DNA from: the human T2T-CHM13v2.0 reference genome, Homo sapiens | NCBI RefSeq assembly: GCF_009914755.1 | Contig: NC_060927.1 | Length of the DNA: 64,000 nucleotides | Direction: 5' to 3' (one strand) | Shown: in pieces, positions 1 to 19,382 of the stretch | How positions within the stretch are numbered: position 1 is the stretch's first letter | How the letters are laid out: every line of letters begins with the position of its first letter | Notes under the pieces: model-generated | Seen by the model: only the letters and a program-made list of their open reading frames with translations | Databases searched by the model: none | Told to the model about the DNA's origin: nothing | Translations under genes and position numbers: made by a program

Positions 1-406
1 TAGTGCTGCCCAGGTGCAGTGGCTCATGCCTGTAATCCCTGCACTTTGGGAGGCCAAGACAGGCAGATAACTTGAGCAGGAGTTCGAGACCAGACTGGCC
101 AACATTGTGAAACCCCATCTCTACTAAAATACAAAAATTAGCCAGGCATGGTGGCGCGCCTGTAACCCCAGCTACTCAGGGGGGCTGAGGCAGGAGAACT
201 GCTTGAATCCAGGAGGCGGAGGTTGCAGTGAGCTGAGACAGCGCCACTGCCCTCCAGCCTGGGCGACAGAGCAAGACTCCATCTCAAAAAACAAACAAAC
301 AAAAAAGTACTGATGAGACTTGGCACAGTGGCTCACGCCTGTTATCCCAGCACTGTGGGAGGCCGAGGTGGGCAGATCACGAGGTCAGGAGATCAAGACC
401 ATCCTA

Positions 407-595
<189 letters not shown>

Positions 596-611
596 TCAAA
601 AAAAAAAAAAA

Positions 612-3005
<2,394 letters not shown>

Positions 3006-3140
3006 TGAGAAAAGAAATGATCCAGAAGAGACTGCTTCTTAGATAACTTAAGCAGTTAGCCTACTAGAGCACATAAAGACATGATTTTTTAAAAAACACT
3101 ACCTCTAATAAAGATTAATTCAAGGGCATTAAAACACTAA

Positions 3141-3314
<174 letters not shown>

Positions 3315-3462
3315 TAGAGTTCAACTTAGAAACATATACATATATACTTCTGGTATCATTTTCAGAACTTCCAACTAATCTATGCCTGAAGATAATTATA
3401 ACTTTGGGAATAACCATTTGCCCAAGGAAAATATAAACCTTAGTGAGACCTTGTCTCTATTA

Positions 3463-3919
<457 letters not shown>

Positions 3920-5009
3920 TTATTATTTAAATACATAAATAAAGGAAAATATAAACTTGTAACAGACTAAATAAAGGAAAATATAAATTTGTAACAGACT
4001 TAACTAATAATAGCAATGTGAATTAACATAGTATCAATGAAAGCAGTCAGCAACTGAGTGTGGTGGCTCACACCTGTAATCCCAGCACTTTGGAAAACCT
4101 AGGTGGGCAGATCGCTTGAGCCCAGGAGTTTGAGACCAGCCTGGACAACATGGTGAAATCCTGCCTCTATGAAAAAAATTTAAAAATCAGTAGTAGTAGT
4201 ACTTACTTCAATGTTCGTTTTTTTGTGTTTGTTTTTTGTTTTGTGAGACGGAATCTCGCTCTGCTGCCCAGGCGGGAGTGCAGGGACACAATCTTGGCTC
4301 ACTGCAACCTGTAGTCCCAGCTACCTGGGGAGGCTGAAGCAAGAGAACTGCTTGAGCCTAGGAGGTGGAGGCTGCAGTGAGCCATAACTGCACCACTGTA
4401 CTCCAGCCAGAGCAAAAGTGCGAGACCTTGTCTCAAGGAAAAAAAAAAAAGGCCGGGCACAGTGGCTCACACCTGTAATCTCAGCACTTTAGGAGGCCAA
4501 GGCAGGCAGATCACCTGAGGTTGGGAGTTCGAGACCAGCCTGACTAATATGGAGAAACCCTGTCTCTACTAAAAATACAAAATTAGGCCGGGCGCAGTGG
4601 CTCACGCCTGTAATCCCAGCACCTTGGGAGGCCGAGGCCGGCAGATCACAAGGTCAGGAGTTCGAGACCACCTGGCCAACATGGTGAAACCGCATCTCTA
4701 CTAAAAATACCAACAAAATTAGCCAGGCATGGTGGCACACGCCTGTAATCCCAGCTGCTCCGGAGGCTGAGGCAGCAGAATCGCTTGAACCCAGGAGACA
4801 GAGGTTGCAGTGAGCCGAGATCGCGCCACTGCACTCCAGCTTGCACAACAAGAGCAAAGAAAACAGTCATCTTCACCTTGTTATGCCCAAGACAATAAGG
4901 GTGCATTACTCAAGTTCTTAAGTGAGTTCCTTTAAGTGCTATGAAGAAATGATGGTCTGTCCAATGGTGACACGGTAGTTACCAATTAGTGAATATCTAG
5001 TATGGGACA

Positions 5010-5260
5010 GACATTGAGCTAAGTAATTTACCATACTTACATTATTCTGAATTTTCACAACCATCCTACCCTTTTTCACACATGAGGAAACTAGCTCAGA
5101 GAGGTCCCCAAGACCAGCTAGTACTAGGTAGAAAAAAGGTTTCAAGGATTCAAATCCCAACTCTGCTGACATACCTGTGAAGTCTTGGTTATTTAACTTC
5201 TCCAAATCTCAATTTCCTTATCTGCAAGATGGAAACAGTTGTTGTGCGGGGTTAAATGAC
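5010..5260. mobile_element. Two MIRs, tail-to-tail (plus ~5010-5145, minus ~5146-5260)
   Basis: MIR core atgaggaaactagctcagagagg on plus; cagataaggaaattgagatttggagaagttaa..gggatttgaatcc on minus. Confidence 0.75.
5175..5221 (-). other. DCAF1: DCAF1 exon 2 (47 nt, 5'UTR, MIR-derived)
   Basis: Minus strand tttccatcttgcag|ATAAGG...TTCACAG|gtatgt; length agrees with the recalled short second UTR exon. Confidence 0.75.
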
Positions 5261-5350
5261 AATATTGTCCCCATGATGGGATAATATAAAGCCTCAAGAA
5301 ATACTTATGTAAAATTTTCTTATCCTAACAAGCATCTGCTAGGGTATTTA

Positions 5351-5731
<381 letters not shown>

Positions 5732-5810
5732 TCAAAAAAAATAAAAATAGGCGGGCACGGTGGCTCACGCCTGTAATCCCAGCACTTTGGGAGGCCTAGG
5801 CGGTGGATCA

Positions 5811-6167
<357 letters not shown>

Positions 6168-6303
6168 TTAAAAATTAGCCAATCATGTTAGCCTGTGACT
6201 GCGGTCCTAGTTACTCAAGAGGCTGAGGCAGCAGGCTCCTTTGAGCCCAGGAGTTGTTGGAGGCTGCAATGAGTTATGATGACACTCGAGACCATCATGG
6301 CTA

Positions 6304-6537
<234 letters not shown>

Positions 6538-6584
6538 TTACATCTGTAATCCCAGCACTTTGGGAGGCCGAGGTGGGCAGATCA

Positions 6585-6860
<276 letters not shown>

Positions 6861-8314
6861 CTAGGCTACAGGGCAAGATCCTGTATCTAAAAAAACAGGC
6901 CAGGTGTAGTGGCTCATGTCTGTAATTCCAACACTTCGGGAGGCTGACCAGGGAGGATCACTTGAGTTCAAAACCAGCCTGGGCAACATACTGAGACCAC
7001 TGTCTCTATAAAAAATAAATGAATAAAAATAAAAAATTTTAAAACTGTATAATAGGCAGAACAGTAAAACACTGTACTCAGCAACTACGCAAGAGATACT
7101 AAGTACAAAATGATTTCCCTACATTCCCCAAATTCTCTATTATCTCTTTAACATCCAAAAATATATACCCACTCAAAAATGGGTAATGAATAAATGTTAT
7201 ATAGAAAACCCAAATGGTCACATCATTAAGAAAAATACTAAATAGATCCTAAAATCTAAATATACACATTTACATAAACATTAAAGGTAAACTCCAGTAA
7301 GCTGGAAAAAGAAAATGCAGGATGATATTACCAATTAACCTCTCATTCTGTACATTAACGATGCATTTTGAACAGGAAGATGCTACTAATATAAAAAATT
7401 AAGACATGTAAACTAATTAAAAGGCTTCATCAAAAAAACAGGGTAAGGAAAAACCAAGACCAACATGACATGGCCAAGGACGAGTCATTTGTGACTCAAA
7501 AATAGCTAAATACAAACACTCCAAAACTATTTCCTCAACAAATGGAAAACCAGAGCGCTGCCACCGCAGTAAGAGGAAACCAGACAGAAAACCGTCTAAG
7601 AAGTGAAGTTGTTAAGCAAACGCTTCTGACACCCCAGTTGAAAACTACTATAACCCCCGGAAATAGACTCCAGGGAAGCTTCGCGGGCACTCTGAGGTTT
7701 GACTCCAGGCTGCGGGACCCGCACACCTCTCTTTCCAACCCTTCCCTCTTTCATGGGGATGGGAGGAGCGCCCGGAAAGCTCCGCCCCCGTCGCACGGTC
7801 CAAGAGGCAGGCGGGTGCAGGGAGAGGTGGCACGAGGCCGAGAGACGGGAGAGCCCGCCCAGGTGACTGGAGCTGGAGGCGGAGACACAGTCCGGGAAGG
7901 GGCCCGCCGTATAGTACGGAAGATGGAGCCCCGCAAGCCCGTACGGAACAGAGACTAGGAGGATTGGAAGGAAAAAGAAAACAAGGGAAATGAAATGCGC
8001 CCCTCCTCCAGGTAGGGGCGGACACACCCCGCCCCCCCACTCCGGGCGGAAGAGTTACTCTCGGGAAGCTTCTCGTGGGGAGTGGAGGAAGAACGTGGAG
8101 GCCCCGCCCCCAGGACAAGAATCAGGAGGAGGAAAAGTCCTGTCAGGCCCCGGGCCCAGCCTCCCGGCAGACCGGCCCGCCCCCTCCTCGCCGGCGGCCC
8201 AAGCAGGTGCCGCCCCTCCCCCAAGCCCGGCGCCCACTCTGCCGCCCGGCCAGCCGCGCGACCTGCTTCCTCGCGCCCCTCCCGTAGAGTCGCCTCCCTC
8301 CATTTCCCACTCAC

Positions 8315-8456
8315 CGTCCGAGGCGGCTCCGCCGCTGCCCCCCCCCGACCCCGCCAGTGGCCACAGTTCACACACACACAGCCTCAGGTCCCGCACTCAC
8401 TCTCCACTCACACACACACACAGCGCGACCACGGCTCCACAGCGGCCCACATATTA
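8315..8456 (-). other. DCAF1: DCAF1 exon 1 (5'UTR)
   Basis: Minus strand ...GCCTCGGACG|gtgagt (donor = plus actcac 8309-8314) inside the CpG island; 5' end approximate. Confidence 0.8.
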
Positions 8457-8558
8457 TGCGTCACTCGCGCGCTACGTGCACCGCGCGCGCGCGCTCGCGC
8501 CTACTTGGCGCGAGGACCGCGAGCAAGGGGCGGGAAGAGAACGCCTGCACGATCGGGG

Positions 8559-8594
<36 letters not shown>
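8559..8594. repeat. (A)36 homopolymer in the promoter
   Basis: Direct reading; no Alu body adjacent. Confidence 0.95.
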
Positions 8595-8596
<2 letters not shown>

Positions 8597-9699
8597 GAAG
8601 AGCCCCGGGGACGCCTGGGAAATGAAGTTCCGCGTCTAGGGGCGGGCCCACCAGTCCCAATTGACGCATGAGCTCTTCGCCTGGCGCATTGACTTCTGGA
8701 TTTGTAGTTTTTTTGGATAAATGCGAACTGCTGAGTACTCATTGGCTGCTTCGGAAGGCGGAAGTGAAAAGTGAGGGAGCCAATCCTTCTAAGACAGTAC
8801 TGTAATCGCCTGATACTTTTTCAGTGTCTTGTTCTGACCTGTGTGCGCAAAGAGCCTCTGTTTTATTTGGCCATTTGCCTTATCTTACCTAGAACATACC
8901 GTGATCTAAGAAAATATTTCTCATAAACATATCAGAAATCACAGCACTCATTAAATCAGAAGGCACTGGTTGTTTTTTGTTTGTTTTGTTTTGTTTTTTT
9001 GAGACAGAGTCTCGCTCTGTTGCCCAGGCTGGAGTGCAGTGACGATCTCAGCTCACTATGACCTCCGCCTCCCGGGCTCAAACAGTCCTCCCACCTCAGC
9101 CTCCAGCTGAGACTACAGGCGCATGCCACCACACCCAGCCAATTTTTGTTTCTGTTTTGTATGTGCGTGTTTGGTAGAGACATGGTTTTGCCGTGTTGGC
9201 CAGGCTGTTCTCGAACTCCTGGGCTGAGTTCTCCCAGCCTCTTTTTTCTCTGTCTTTTTTTTTTTTTTTTTTTGACAGGGTCTCGCTCTGTCATCCACGC
9301 TGGAGTGCAGTGGCGCGATCACAGCTCACTACAGCCTCAATCAACCTCCTGGGCTCAAGCTATCTTCTCACCTCAGCCTCCCAAGTAGCCGGGGCTACAG
9401 GTGTGCACCACCACACCCGGCTAATTTTTAAAAATTTTTGTAGAGACGAAGTCCCACTGTGTTGTCCAGGTTGGTCTTGAATTTCTAGGCTCAAACGATT
9501 CTCCTGCCTCGGCCCCCCGAAGTGTTGGGATTACAGGCATGAGCCACTGCACCCAGCCTCTGTCTTTTTGTTCAAGACCTAGCCTGTAAGAATCAATAGA
9601 TACTTATTGCCAGGTTATTATACGTGAGGCAGAGAAGTGAAAAATCAAAAGCTCATAGATTAAGGCAGGACTGACCTCACAGGTCACTTAATTCAATTT

Positions 9700-9800
9700 C
9701 TTCATGTTGTTGGGAAAAATGAGGCCCAGAGGGAGTGAGCGACTTGCCCAGCATCACACAACCAATTAACAGCAGAACCAGAGGACTCCTTACTCTGACC
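9700..9800 (+). mobile_element. MIR fragment
   Basis: gaaaaatgaggcccagagggagtgagcgacttgcccagcatcacaca. Confidence 0.7.
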
Positions 9801-10284
9801 AGCAGTCCCTCTTGTGGGGCATAGAAGATAAACATGACCCACAGTTGAGCAGAATCTCGACCTGACAAGATCCTACCCAGCGTTCAAGGCCTTATGCAGC
9901 TCATTATCTCTCCGGGAATGCTGAGCAAGTCTCCGTGCATCTCCATGAGTCTTCACGGCAATACTGTCACATGAATACAAGACACAGCAAGCCTGCTGCT
10001 ATGCTCAGGCTCGACAGCTAGTAAGGATCCTGAATCCTGGGTCCCTTGGTTTCATTCCCCACTAGATCCCATTTCCCTCTTTCCAGAAAAGGGACCATCC
10101 TCCTTCTCTTAAATGTGTAACTTGGAGCTACTGCTCCAAGCAGAGATTCTCTAATATGTGCTGGGAGCGCCACAGACATGTCACCTTTCTTCACTTCTTT
10201 CTCCTGCCACAACACACAGGTCCCTTCTCTGTGCTTCTGGAACTCTACCTCTGTCAGTAATGGCCAGTACCATTTCTTTCAACT

Positions 10285-10435
10285 TCAGAGCATGCTGGGC
10301 CCTGAGCCAAGTGTTCCAGCCACACTCTCTCATTTAACCCTCACTACCCTGCCACACACACAGGGAAGATATGGTTAATCACCTTTACAGATGAGAAATC
10401 TGGACCCAGAGAGGTAGAACAAGGAATGGAACCCA
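10285..10435 (+). mobile_element. MIR fragment
   Basis: ctcatttaaccctcact..ttacagatgagaaatctggacccagagagg. Confidence 0.7.
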
Positions 10436-12916
10436 CATGCCATTCCTCCAGCACTCCTTCAGGTGACTTTCCTGCCATGCCTCCCTGGGCCATGAACCTA
10501 AAATGTATGAGGATGGGACATTTAAGCCTTGGATATCTCCCCTCTGACTATGGTCTAGCCGGCCCAGTGGTGACTTCTCCGCTGGCTGGGGTCCTAAGAG
10601 GCAGAGCCCTTAGGGGAGCTCAAGGCTTAGCTCACGCGCTCCTGGCACTGCCTCAGTCTGCCACCAGATGGCACTGCTTCATTTCAGAAACCCAACCTGG
10701 TCAGAGCACTGTGGCTCATGCCTGTAATCCCAGCACTTTGAGGGGCTGAGAATCTCTTGATCCCAGGAGTTCAAGACCAACCTGGGCAACATAGAGAGAC
10801 ACCCCCACCCTCACCCTTGCTCCACTGTCTCTACAAAATATCTTAAAAATTTGCCGGACGTGGTGGTGCATGCCTGTAGTCCCAGCTATTTATGAGGCTG
10901 AGGTGGGAGGATTGCTTGAGCTTGGGAGGTTGAGGCTACAGTGAGCTGTCATTGTGCCACTGCACTCCAGCCTGGGTGACAGAGAGAGACTCTGTCTCAA
11001 AAAAAAATTTTTTTTTAATTTTTTTAAAAAACAAACCCAGCCTGGGGCCCTGGGTTGGTGATGGGAGCAAGAAGCATTAAGAAGGGGCTTTGGAGAAGCC
11101 AGGGCCTAGGAGGCAGGGGAAGCAGGGGAGGAGACAAACAAGGCCTCTCCAGCAGCCACGCCCTCAGGAATCTGCACTCTTAACTCCTGCAGCCTCCTCT
11201 ACCCCTGCCAACACCTCCCCCTCCCCAACATGCACATAGCCACACACCTGCAGACACCTTCAAACACCTCCTTCCCACTTCTGGGAAAAAGAAGAGGGAG
11301 CACCCAGGCTTTCCCAACTGCACACGCATTCCAAGTGTGCTTGGTGGCATATTTCACAGATACCCACATGTGCCAGATATACAAGCATGCACACTGTGCA
11401 TTAGGCACCCAGTCCTCACAACAAATACTTTCACATCTAAGCATATGCACACACAAAGCTACAGACAATCCAGGCCCACACACCTGGCTTGGTTGTGGCA
11501 CATGGGTCCTGCACCATTGGGAGGAGATTTATTGACCTCTTTGGTAGGACATCTCTGGACTCCGTCTCACCTTGCTCTGCCTGTTCCACCCCCTGCTCCA
11601 TGGTGTGCCCAAGAAAGAGGAAGCCCCATCTGAAAGAGTGAGGAGTGCTTTGGGGGCTGCCCAGCAGCAGAGAAAAGGTAAGAAGAGCCCAGCCCTGGCC
11701 CCAGGACCAAGGCCTACAGATTAGCATGCTCTACCTACTCCCACCTCCAAGCACACCCACTCCCTGGGTAGGAAGATGGACAGCACCAAGTCCTCTAGGC
11801 TTCAAGCTTCTCCTTCATTCTCCTCCTTCTCCCGCTCCCATCCTTCTATGAGCTTTTCACTCCCAGCACCTCCTTCTAGGCTTACCCAGGTGCTCCCACA
11901 AGCCCATCCTCACCCTGGTGCCACCCCACAACTCCTGCGCTTCCTCCAGCAATTCCCTTCCCTGGGGCTGGGAAGTGAGGTCAGCTGTCCCATATCCACC
12001 CCTGCTCTCCTGTTGGCTAGACAAGACTGCTACTGCAAGTGTCCAGCAGTGTCGCAGGAGCCACCAATTAGAGGCTTAAGGCTACCAGGCTTTGGGAACA
12101 CCAGCCTGGACAAAGAGGAAATCCCAATCATTCACTGGGTACCCTACTCCTGCCTGGTGGCCCCTGTACCCCACCCCCAGAAAATGAGGAGAGGGAACGC
12201 CACATCATTTCCCAAAGGGTGTGTAATTATGTCTGATTACATCCACATCCACTACTCTCACTTTACAGAGAAAGAAACAAATTCCAAAAAGTCAACAACT
12301 TAAGTGCCCACATCGATCAGTGGGCACAGATAAAGAGGAGATAAAAAAGCAAGCATACCTAGCCTCTTTTGCCTCAGGTTCCTGGGGTTGGAAATCCTTC
12401 CAGGAGGAAGAGTGGAGTCAACATTGGGGAGAGAGTCTGTATTGGCCTTGGCTCCAAGCTCTCAGAAGCCCCTGAACATTTTTTTTTTTTTTTTTTTGAG
12501 ATGGAGTCTGGCTCTGTCGCCCAGGCTGGAGTGCAGTGGCACAATCTCAGCTCACCGCAAGCTCCGCCTCCTGGTTCAGGCCATTCTCCTTCCTCAGCAT
12601 CCTGAGTAGCTGGGACTACAGGCGCCCGCCACCACGCCTGGCTAATTTTTTATATTTTTAGTAAAGACGGGGTTTCACTGTGTTAACCAGGATGGTCTCG
12701 ATCTCCTGACCCCGTGATCCGCCCGCCTCTGCCTCCCAAAATGCTGGGATTACAGGCGTGAGCCACCGCGCCTGGCAACCCCTGAACTTTTATTTATTTA
12801 TTTATTTTGAGATGGAGCCTCACTCTGTCCCCAGGCTGGAGTGCAGTGAAGCAATCTCGTCTCACTGCAACCTCTGCATCCTGGGTTCAAGTAATTCTCC
12901 TGCCTCAGCCTCCTGA

Positions 12917-13390
<474 letters not shown>

Positions 13391-13462
13391 TAAAAAATAA
13401 TAAAAATAAAAATAATTCTTACAGCCAGGCGTGGTAGCTCACGCCATAATCCCAGCACTTTA

Positions 13463-13678
<216 letters not shown>

Positions 13679-14553
13679 CTAGGCAACAGAGTGAGATTCT
13701 GTCTCAAAAAATAATAATAATAAAAATAAAATTAATAATAATTTTTTAAATTAAAAAAAGAGAGGGCCTACAGAAGAATGGCTTTGTTGAATGGAACAAA
13801 TTCAAAGGTCAGAGACCCACCACACCAACCGAAGTAAATACTTCTACCATGGGCGTATCCCTCTTGGAGATGTTGCCAGATACAGCCTGGGGTACCCAGT
13901 TAGGCCTGGGAGCCAAAGTCATCAAGACGGGAGTTTCTAGGTGTAGAGGGTGTCATGGGCTCTTACCGTGGGGAAGTTCTTCATCCCTTAGAGGTGGCGA
14001 TGTCTCTGTGTGAAAAGTCTCATGATGTTCCTGAGGGGAGCCCCCTCTGCCCTGCTCCTGCTTCAGCAGGTCCAGGCTTCTGACAAGATAGCCTTTTGTG
14101 AAGTCACAAAGCTGGTTGCCTCCCCACAGGACCAGGGACCAGGACAACCAGGGACTAGTGGGCATGACTTTAGGGGAGAAGGGACTTCACAAGCAGCCTG
14201 TAGGCTCTGGAGAGGGGTGTGGGGTCTGGAGGGGCTCACTGGACCAGTCTCAGGCTGTAGTGGGTGAGGAGGGTTATTGGAGACTCAGGATGGGATCAGT
14301 TTCTCATGTCTCAGTCATCGCCAAAAGATAAGAACAGTTGGGGCCTGAGCCTGTATTCCTTGACCATTATCCCATCCGTTGAGACCCTAGGGCCAGAGGA
14401 GCACCCTTGCCCCTTTTGAATATATATAAGGGTCCTGATCACTGATGTTCTGGGTCATCCCTGGAAAAAGGAGGTTAAGGCCCCTGAGCCAGGGACCAGA
14501 TCTTCTCCTCAGTGCCATCCCTCTGTGACCATTCAGTTTCTTTTCTTTTTTCT

Positions 14554-14586
<33 letters not shown>

Positions 14587-14697
14587 TGAGATGGAGTTTC
14601 ACTCTTGTCGCCCAGGCTGGAGTGCAGTGGTGTGATCTTGGCTCACTGAGACCTGCACCTCCCGGGTTCAAGCGATTTTCATGCCTCAGCCTCCTGA

Positions 14698-15057
<360 letters not shown>

Positions 15058-15203
15058 TGAAGAGGCAATTCAGGGGAGAAAACAGAAAACAACCCGGGGA
15101 GAAAGTGTCATTCCACAAAATGTGGAAACTCAGTTACTGCCTTGGAAGGTCACACTTCGTAAGCGGGGCATGGGGGCAGCCACTGAATGGAAACCTTGTT
15201 TTA

Positions 15204-15543
<340 letters not shown>

Positions 15544-15763
15544 TTAGGATTCCCGAGCCCTTGCCCTGTGCCTGGCCCTGTACCCTGTGTCTTCAGTGCT
15601 GCGGAGAATGCAGCACAGACCCTGCCCTCAAGGCTTACAGTCTAAGGCCTGAATGACTATGCCCAGCTCCCTCCCTTAAAATGAAGGCTGCTATTCCCAG
15701 AAGTCAGGGGCAGCCTGGAACCCAAGAGCCTTGTATCCCTGTCCAGGGCATTACATTTCATGA

Positions 15764-16426
<663 letters not shown>

Positions 16427-17732
16427 TAGTATTATGATTTTACCACAGAGTCTTTTTAGTCCCACTGAAATCTTGTATACCTCTTCATTAAGTAGAGAAA
16501 AGGAATGATGCAAGGGATTCTAGGTCATGATGTGGCAGAAAAACTCCTAGTGTTACAAGGAATGCAGTTTAAAAACCATGCACCAGCCGGCTGAGCACGA
16601 TGGCTCATGCCTGTAATCCCAGCATTTTGGGAGTCCGAGGCGGGCAAATCACAAGGTCAGGAGTTCAAGACCAGCCTGGGCAATACGGTGAAATCTCTCT
16701 ACTAAAAATACAAAAAAAATTAGCCGGGTGTGCTGGCGGGTGCCTGTAATTCCAGCTACTCCGGAGGCTGAGGCAGGATAATTGCTTGAACCTGGGAGGC
16801 GGAGGTTTCAGTGAGCAGAGGTCGAGCCACTGTACTCCAGCCTGGGCGACAGTGTGAGACTCCGTCTCAAAAAAAAAAAACCATGTACCACATGGCTTCC
16901 AGACCCTTTCAGGTGCTGTGAATCTGTGACTGCAAAGTCCAGATTATGAAAGATGGGAACAGGACAAAGAATGCCACATGTAGTGGCCACCTCAAGAGTT
17001 CTGCTCTGAATATTTCCGCTGCAACTACTCATTCCTGGTTCCAGTTCAGCTTATTTCCAGCCACCAGCGTGTCCCCAGCCCACCTCTCACCTGGCCCTCT
17101 GCTCCTACCTTTGTTCCTCTCTTGCAGGCTCTGAAATCAGCATCTAGGCCTTAGGGGCTCAAAGCCCACATGGGTTCTAAGTCAGGAGTACAACAGTCAC
17201 CTCTCTGTACCTGAATCCAATAGGCAGGAGACAGGAGGCTTTCTCCAGGTAACATTCATCTTTGCCTAACTCTCTTCCGAGATCCCTGTAGTCTCTGGAA
17301 TTGTCCTGGTCCTTTTTTGGATGCAGGGCATATTTGATTTCATGGGGCTGCCAACCTCACCTGCCAGAAGATGCTCAGGACAGCCAGGATGCAGTATAAA
17401 ACCTGCCCTCTCCAATTTCTTTTCTCCTAAGATACAGATCAGAGGGAAGACGGGCAAGATGGGCTTCCCACCCCACAAGGCAGGCATGTCTGAATTCTAT
17501 GAGCTTTTGTTTCAAATAATTTATGAGAAGCATCAGGGCCTTGGCTCATTCTAAGAGCAAGTCAGGAGAGCAGAGTTATGGTGCCGTGAGCCTTGTTGCA
17601 GGGAAAGGGAGCTGCATTATAGCTGAGAGCAAAGGCTGCTCTCTGCCTTGTGGCTAGCAAGGCATGGCAAAGAAAAGCGGACATTCCCTAGGGCCAGGCA
17701 TGGTGAACGAACAAGACAAGCTGACAGGCTAG

Positions 17733-17905
17733 TACAAGGTTCTCAACCCTGGCTGCAATTCAGATCACCTGCAGAGCCTTTATGAACCTCTAGTGTCAAG
17801 ACCCTACCCCAGTTCAATTAAGTCAGAATCTCTAGGGCACAGGCAACAATGTTTTCCAAAGCTCCCCAGATAACGAATACTCCACTAAGGCAGAGAACCT
17901 CTGGT
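17733..17905. mobile_element. MER5A (hAT-Charlie MITE)
   Basis: ggttctcaaccctggctgca..aattaagtcagaatctct..aagctcccca..gagaacctctg. Confidence 0.8.
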
Positions 17906-18135
17906 CTAGGAGGAAAGACTGGCATTAAACAGGATGTGGGCGGGCCGGGTGTGGTGGCTCACTCCTGTAATCCCAGTACTTTGGGAGGCTGAGGCGGGCA
18001 GATCACCTGAGGTCAGGAGTTCAAGACCAGCCCAGCCAACATGGTGAAACCCTGTCTCTACTAAAAATACAAAAATTAGCTGGGTGTGGTGGCAGGTGCC
18101 TGTATTTTTAGTCTCCACTAAAAATACAAAAATTA

Positions 18136-18324
<189 letters not shown>

Positions 18325-18697
18325 TTACCCTGAGGTGGGGCCTAGAGGCCTAAAATGTGGGGTGTGGTAAGCTGGACCTTTCTGCTCCTGGAGGCCACAG
18401 GGCTCCTTCTTACCCACCCCTGCACATCCTCCATACACATCCCACACACACACCCAGCACCTATTGTGGGGAAAGCAAAACAGAAGGCTCAGGAACCCAG
18501 CTCCAGGGAGGGGAAGAAGCATGCACTCTAGGTTAGAATCACGACCCTGAACTCTCTAGTTGTGTGGCCCTGGCAACCTTTGAGCCTCAATTCCTCCTCT
18601 GTAAAATGGACATAGTAGGCCGGGCACGATGGCTCATGCCTGTAATCCCAGCACTTTGGGAGGCCAAGGGGGTGGATCACTTAAGGTCAGGAGCTCA

Positions 18698-19000
<303 letters not shown>

Positions 19001-19199
19001 CTAGCAGCAGCAACCACAGCCCCAGCTCCCTCTGTCAGCTTGGACAAAGCTCTAATGATCATCCACCCAGTCCCCTTGTTTTTCACGTGAAGACCTCAGT
19101 GTCCAAAGGAGAGAGGTTTGCTCCAGACACGCAGCCAGCAAGAATCTTAATCTCCCAGGCAGCTTCACATCACAGCAGTTTTTTTGTATTGAACTTTAG

Positions 19200-19382
<183 letters not shown>

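Larger units (their letters stand above)
7650..8830 (-). promoter_or_regulatory. CpG island / DCAF1 promoter
   Basis: Dense CpG and GC boxes; CRE half-sites (8457-8463, 8662-8668); ACTACA-type ZNF143/THAP11-like motif on minus (8692-8709); CCAAT boxes (8741-8745, 8780-8784); ETS CGGAAGTG (8759-8766). Confidence 0.9.

Noticed and set aside
7274-7320. Strong minus-strand acceptor (ttttctttttccag) in DCAF1 intron 1, and a similar plus acceptor at 52763
   Set aside because: No convincing paired donor.
7542-8742. Overlapping long Pro/Arg/Gly-rich ORFs including poly-Lys
   Set aside because: Stop-poor CpG island; poly-K comes from the A36 tract; they cross the exon 1 donor.
11776-12303. 175-aa Ser/Pro-rich ORF in unique DNA
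   Set aside because: No recognisable domain, low complexity, ends in a MIR fragment.
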